A DNA stretch of 64,000 nt from an uncultured Acidobacteriota bacterium (GTDB taxonomy: Bacteria; Acidobacteriota; Thermoanaerobaculia; Gp7-AA8), in contig CAVUKB010000007.1 of NCBI GenBank assembly GCA_963741955.1, positions 896,001-960,000 of the forward strand, in the 5' to 3' direction. How positions within the stretch are numbered: the stretch's first letter is position 1; each line of letters begins with the position of its first letter. The translations under genes were made by a program, and so were the position numbers. Positions 59,592 through 64,000 of the stretch are shown here, in pieces. Below the pieces are notes generated by a model that did no database searches, was not told the DNA's origin, and saw only the letters and a program-made list of their open reading frames with translations.

Positions 59592-61547
59592 ATGGCATCG
59601 ACCTCACCGTTCTCCGCCCTCGGCCTTTCCGACTCGATCGTGAAGACGCTCGAGGCCCTCGGCTACGAATCGCCGACACCGATTCAGGAAAAGACCATTC
59701 CGCTCCTTCTCGCGGGCCGTGACGTCATCGGACAGGCCCAGACCGGCACCGGGAAGACTGCAGCGTTCGCCCTCCCCATCCTCCAGAAGATCGACCCTTC
59801 GCGACGGGAGACCCAGGCGCTCGTGCTCACGCCGACGCGCGAGCTGGCCATGCAGGTCGCCGAGGCCGTTCATTCGTATGCGCACGGGATGCCGGAAGTG
59901 TCGGTTGTCCCGGTCTACGGCGGAGCACCCATCGTGCACCAGCTCAAGCGGCTCCAGCGCGGCGTCCAGATCGTCGTCGGTACGCCGGGGCGGCTCATCG
60001 ACCACCTCGATCGCGGCTCGCTGAAACTCGACTCGATCCGCCTGCTCGTCCTGGACGAGGCAGACGAGATGTTGAAGATGGGCTTTATCGACGATGTCGA
60101 GCGGATCCTCAGCGCGACTCCGCCGTCGCGACAGGTCGCGCTCTTCTCCGCCACCATGCCTGCGGCGGTGGTGCGCATCGCCCAGCGTCACATGCCCGAA
60201 TCCGAGCGAGTCGAGATCGAGCACAAGTCCGTGACCGCGCCGGACATCGAGCAGCGCTTTCTGAACGTCTCGGAAGGGCAGAAGCTCGACGTGCTGACGC
60301 AGATCCTGGAGATCGAAGAGAGCGAGGCCACGCTCGTCTTCCGGCGCACGAAGAACGGTGCCGCCGAGCTGGCGGAGAAGCTGGAGGCTCGCGGCTTTCC
60401 CGCCGAGGCCATGCACGGCGACATGAAGCAGGGGGAGCGCGAGAGCGTGATCCGGAGGCTGCGGGCCGGCACGGTCGAGATCGTGGTGGCGACGGATGTG
60501 GCCGCGCGCGGTCTCGACGTCGAGCAGATCGAGCACGTCGTCAACTACGACATCCCGTACGACGTCGAAGCGTACGTGCATCGCATCGGCCGCACCGGAC
60601 GAGCCGGGCGCAGCGGCATGGCCACGCTGTTCATCACGCCGCGCGAGCGGAAGATGATGCGCGAGATCGAGCGCTTCACCAGGACGCCGATCAAGCCGAT
60701 GAAGATGCCGACCGTGGCCGACGTGGCCGAGCGCAGGGTGGCGGCGCTGAAGGAAACGATGCGCGCGTCGATCCGGGAGGGCGATCTCGATCTCTACGTG
60801 CAGTTCGTGGAACAGCTCGCGGAAGAAGGTCCGTACGATCTGGCCGAAGTCGCGGCGGCCGCGGCGAAGCTGGCGGCGACGGCGCGGCCGATCGCCGAGC
60901 AGCAGAAGTCCGTGCCTGGCCTCTCAGCGGAGACGCCCGTCGCGGAGACATCCCCGGGCGCGCGAGGCGGCGGCGGTCATCGGCGCGAGCGCCCGCCGGC
61001 CTTCCGAAGCGAGCGAGGCCCGGCGCCGCGCGGCGAGCGAGCTCCCACCCGTCGTGGCGCGGAGGGGCGGGTGCGGCTGGTGATGGCGGTCGGCAATCGG
61101 GACGGCATCCGACCGGCGGACGTGGTGGGGTCGATTGCGAACGAGGCGGACGTGCCGGGACGCGACATCGGACCGATCGAGATCCGGGATGAGGTCACAT
61201 TCGTCACCGTACCGGAGCATCGGGCCGAACAGATCCTGGAGCGGCTGGCCGGAGCGCGCTTCCGCGGACAGCCGGTGAACCTCCGTCCCGCGGCCGGCGA
61301 GGACGAGAACGCGCCCGCTCCGCGACCGCGCCGTTTCGCGGAAGACCGTCCGGAGGGGCGGCCGCCCCGGAAGCCGTTTCGCCCGGGAGCGCCGCGCCAC
61401 GAGCGAGGAGCCTCCGAACGAGCCGGCGGCGCGCGAAAAAAGCCGTTCCGCCCCGGCGCACCCGGCGGAAGTCCCGGCCGCGCGAAGCGCGACGAGACCC
61501 CGCGCCGCCCGCCACCGCCCGGCGGCAAAGGCAGCCGGCGCAAATAG
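59592..61547 (+). CDS. deaD: DEAD-box RNA helicase DeaD/CsdA
   Basis: PTPIQ, AQTGTGKT, PTRELA, DEAD, SAT, HRIGRTGR, DbpA-type RNA-binding domain, basic tail. Confidence 0.92.
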   Translation: MASTSPFSALGLSDSIVKTLEALGYESPTPIQEKTIPLLLAGRDVIGQAQTGTGKTAAFALPILQKIDPSRRETQALVLTPTRELAMQVAEAVHSYAHGMPEVSVVPVYGGAPIVHQLKRLQRGVQIVVGTPGRLIDHLDRGSLKLDSIRLLVLDEADEMLKMGFIDDVERILSATPPSRQVALFSATMPAAVVRIAQRHMPESERVEIEHKSVTAPDIEQRFLNVSEGQKLDVLTQILEIEESEATLVFRRTKNGAAELAEKLEARGFPAEAMHGDMKQGERESVIRRLRAGTVEIVVATDVAARGLDVEQIEHVVNYDIPYDVEAYVHRIGRTGRAGRSGMATLFITPRERKMMREIERFTRTPIKPMKMPTVADVAERRVAALKETMRASIREGDLDLYVQFVEQLAEEGPYDLAEVAAAAAKLAATARPIAEQQKSVPGLSAETPVAETSPGARGGGGHRRERPPAFRSERGPAPRGERAPTRRGAEGRVRLVMAVGNRDGIRPADVVGSIANEADVPGRDIGPIEIRDEVTFVTVPEHRAEQILERLAGARFRGQPVNLRPAAGEDENAPAPRPRRFAEDRPEGRPPRKPFRPGAPRHERGASERAGGARKKPFRPGAPGGSPGRAKRDETPRRPPPPGGKGSRRK

Positions 61548-61631
61548 CATGCTTCCCAACAGCCGGCGCGCTCACCGATGCGCCGATGAAGGAGAACGTG
61601 CCGATTCTCGTCCGTTCGATTCGGGAGCTAG

Positions 61632-63222
61632 GAGTCTGCGCGATAGGACGTAAGTTCGGCGCTTCCTGATGATCTCGGGTGACGTCCGCTCGCGAGCGGC
61701 AGAACCGGGCCATCGAAGCGCCTTGGGGTTGATGGAGCCGTTCTCGGGGAGGTGGCAGCGCGAAACACTTGCTCGGCGGGACTTTTCGGGGTTGGATACT
61801 GCTCTGCCGGGGCTATTCGACCGCAACCAGAGCGCTCATTCGCTTCAGATTGATCACCAGGCACACCAGAGCCCATTCGCCGGCAACTTTGCGCGTCCCG
61901 CGGAGACTGAATCGTCGAAAGCCGAGAACGTTTTTGACCCAGCCAAACACCGGCTCAACGATCGCCTTTCGCCGGCGATAGACCGCCTTGCCTGCAGGTG
62001 AGTCCAACTTCTGCTTCATCCGCAGAGTAGCGGGGAGCGTCGTCTCAGCTGCGGTTTCTTTGCCTTCTCGTCCGAGAGAAACATACGCATCGATCTTCTT
62101 CTCCTCCAACTCGATGAACGAGCTTTCCGACTTGTAACCGGTGTCGGCAACAACCTGGTCGGGGCTTGTTTCGCAATTCTGTTCGACCACCTCGACCAAA
62201 GGCACGAGTGATCCGCTGTCCGCCGCAGATTGTGTGATCTCGAATCCGACGATGAGTTGGTTATCGGCATCGACTGCGATCTGCGCGTTGTAGCACTGCT
62301 GAAATCCTTCCTGGGACTTCATGATTCGGCTCTCGGAATCGGTGAAGTTCTCTTGCGCTTTGTCCTCAGGTACGCCGAACTTCCGTTTGAATGGCTTACC
62401 CTTCTTCCTGGCCGGATCATCGTCGCCTTCGGAGCGACCAGCCTTCGTGTCCAGTTCCCGCTGTCGCTGTTCGAGTCGCTCTCGTGCATCTCTGATCTTT
62501 CGGATGCGTGTTTCCCGGCGCTGGAGCTCTTCGGGCAACTCATCCCCGCGTCGATCAACCCCGTACTCGGCATCCTCCCGGGCATCCTCTTCCGCCGCTG
62601 TGGCCAAAATCTCCGCGATCTCCTTCTCGAGCTTCGCTTCTTCCTTCTTCATCCGATCGTAGCTCATCGCCTTGTGCTTGCTGGCATTCGCTCGCACCTT
62701 CGACCCGTCGATTGCGATCCTCCCGAGCGTAACTAACCCTGCCTCCTGAGCGGTCCGAATGATCTGGACCAGCAATGAGCTGAATGCGTCCACGTTTTCA
62801 AGCCGAAAGTCGCAGATGGTCCGATGCGATGGAAAGTTCCCGGCTGCAAGATACCGGACGGCGATATCTTCATCGATCCGCCGGGCAATCTTGCGCGAGG
62901 AGAACGTTCCCGTCAGGTACGAATAGGTGATCAACTTGAGCATCATCCTCGGCTCGTAGGGCTGCTTCCGCCTGCCGTCGCCCTTGTACCGCTCGTAGAA
63001 TGCACTCAGATCAAGCTGATCGATCATGTCGGAAACGAAGTGCGCCAAGTGACCCTCAGGGAGCCACTCGTATGGCGAGGGCGGAAGCAGCAGCGACTGC
63101 TCCGGTCGGTATGGCCTATACGTGGTCGGCATGACCTAATCTTAACATATTATCGTTACTACTAACCATTCACCTTTTATCATGCCGATTTGCCGCGAAC
63201 CGGGTTTCTACCGCGCAGACTC
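61632..63222 (-). mobile_element. IS1182-family insertion sequence (1591 bp)
   Basis: TIRs beginning GAGTCTGCGCG, CTAG on both sides (61628-61631, 63223-63226), lower GC. Confidence 0.9.
61813..63132 (-). CDS. IS1182-family DDE transposase
   Basis: LLLPPS..WLPEGH, SSRKI, IDGSKVRANAS, TDSES, YNAQ, ADTGY, YRRRKAIVEPVFG..K. Confidence 0.93.
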   Translation of the reverse strand: MPTTYRPYRPEQSLLLPPSPYEWLPEGHLAHFVSDMIDQLDLSAFYERYKGDGRRKQPYEPRMMLKLITYSYLTGTFSSRKIARRIDEDIAVRYLAAGNFPSHRTICDFRLENVDAFSSLLVQIIRTAQEAGLVTLGRIAIDGSKVRANASKHKAMSYDRMKKEEAKLEKEIAEILATAAEEDAREDAEYGVDRRGDELPEELQRRETRIRKIRDARERLEQRQRELDTKAGRSEGDDDPARKKGKPFKRKFGVPEDKAQENFTDSESRIMKSQEGFQQCYNAQIAVDADNQLIVGFEITQSAADSGSLVPLVEVVEQNCETSPDQVVADTGYKSESSFIELEEKKIDAYVSLGREGKETAAETTLPATLRMKQKLDSPAGKAVYRRRKAIVEPVFGWVKNVLGFRRFSLRGTRKVAGEWALVCLVINLKRMSALVAVE

Positions 63223-63613
63223 CTAGCCCCCTTCTGCCCGCCTTCGGAGTAACGTGCTCCGACGGCGAGCGCGGAGGCGGCGTCGAGCTGGCGGATCTCG
63301 TCCGGGGATCGTCGAAGTGGTGAAGAAGGTCGCGAGGCCGAGGGGGGAGACCTCGAGGCCTCCGAGTGTTCGCTTCTGCATGGATTCTCCTTTCGTCGCG
63401 CCGCGTCGCCAATTCCGGCGATCGGTATCGTATCAATGCGGGGATGCGAGCGCGCGTCGCATCGGAGGCGGCGGGATTTTTCCGCGACCCCTCCGTGGTC
63501 GAAATGGTGCTCGGGGCCAGGCTCCGGGGGTGGGCGCTTCGCGCCGACGCCCGGCTACCATACCTGACCCCTCCGGGGTCAGGTATCCAGAAGCTCGGCC
63601 ACGGGGATGTGCT

Positions 63614-64000
63614 TCACACTGTGAGGACGCTGATGGTCGGAATGCTCCGCTCGGGCAGCGGGTGGAACCCGGAGACGCGCAGCACCGCATCTCCATCCGA
63701 CGCCAGCTCGTGCTCCGCGACCAGACGCCGCGCGAGCTCATGCGGCTGATCCAGATCGTTCTCGCTCACCAGCACCGGGACCACGCCCCACAGAAGGTTC
63801 ATCACCCGGCACGCAGCGGGGCTCGCCGAGACGGCGAGGACGGGAGCGGCGGGACGCGCCGCGGAGACCATCCGCGCACTCGTTCCTCCCTGGGTGATCA
63901 CGAAGATCGCGCGCACCAGGAGATCGCGCGAGAGTTGCGCGGTCGCCCGAGCGATCGCGTCGCGCAGCGGAATGGGCGCGTGCGCCGGGGCATGATCGCC
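63614..64000 (-). CDS. pyk: pyruvate kinase, C-terminal part (5' end outside the window)
   Basis: AIARATAQLS, AIFVITQGGTSARMVSAARP, LLWGVVP. Confidence 0.8.
   Translation of the reverse strand, partial: GDHAPAHAPIPLRDAIARATAQLSRDLLVRAIFVITQGGTSARMVSAARPAAPVLAVSASPAACRVMNLLWGVVPVLVSENDLDQPHELARRLVAEHELASDGDAVLRVSGFHPLPERSIPTISVLTV

Noticed and set aside
63227-63613. Gene interrupted by the IS1182 element
   Set aside because: No convincing reading frame or motif on either side of the insertion.

Overview
High-GC bacterial chromosomal window; gene content suggests an Acidobacteriota/Thermoanaerobaculia-like organism (inference only). 1-37 kb: signalling and envelope genes (PAS kinase, REC-EAL, a sigma-54 two-component pair divergent from an apparently exported rubrerythrin plus DUF2231, DUF2339/DUF3999, a three-gene minor-pilin-like cassette behind a candidate sRNA, GGDEF, CsgG, an enlarged GlmS). 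38-50 kb: a QrcABCD-like respiratory operon bracketed by lysine-less GcvH-like proteins, a Y1 (RAYT-like) transposase inside inverted REP arrays, and a CxxCH-sensor kinase / archaemetzincin / sigma-54 regulator operon. 50.5-59.4 kb: tRNA-fMet followed by an accessory toxin-antitoxin/defence-like island. Then a DeaD helicase, a complete IS1182-family element (with two 159-bp MITE relatives elsewhere in the window) and the 3' end of pyk. The most striking feature is at tRNA-fMet. A small GIY-YIG nuclease gene ends inside a copy of the anticodon loop and sits in a 132-bp tandem array. Each unit consists of a 3' fragment of a related GIY-YIG gene, a hairpin, and a perfect 67-bp duplicate of the tRNA 3' part plus terminator. 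This looks like a tRNA-targeting, nuclease-only mobile/repeat-generating system. All calls come from reading motifs by eye; no database searches were run.
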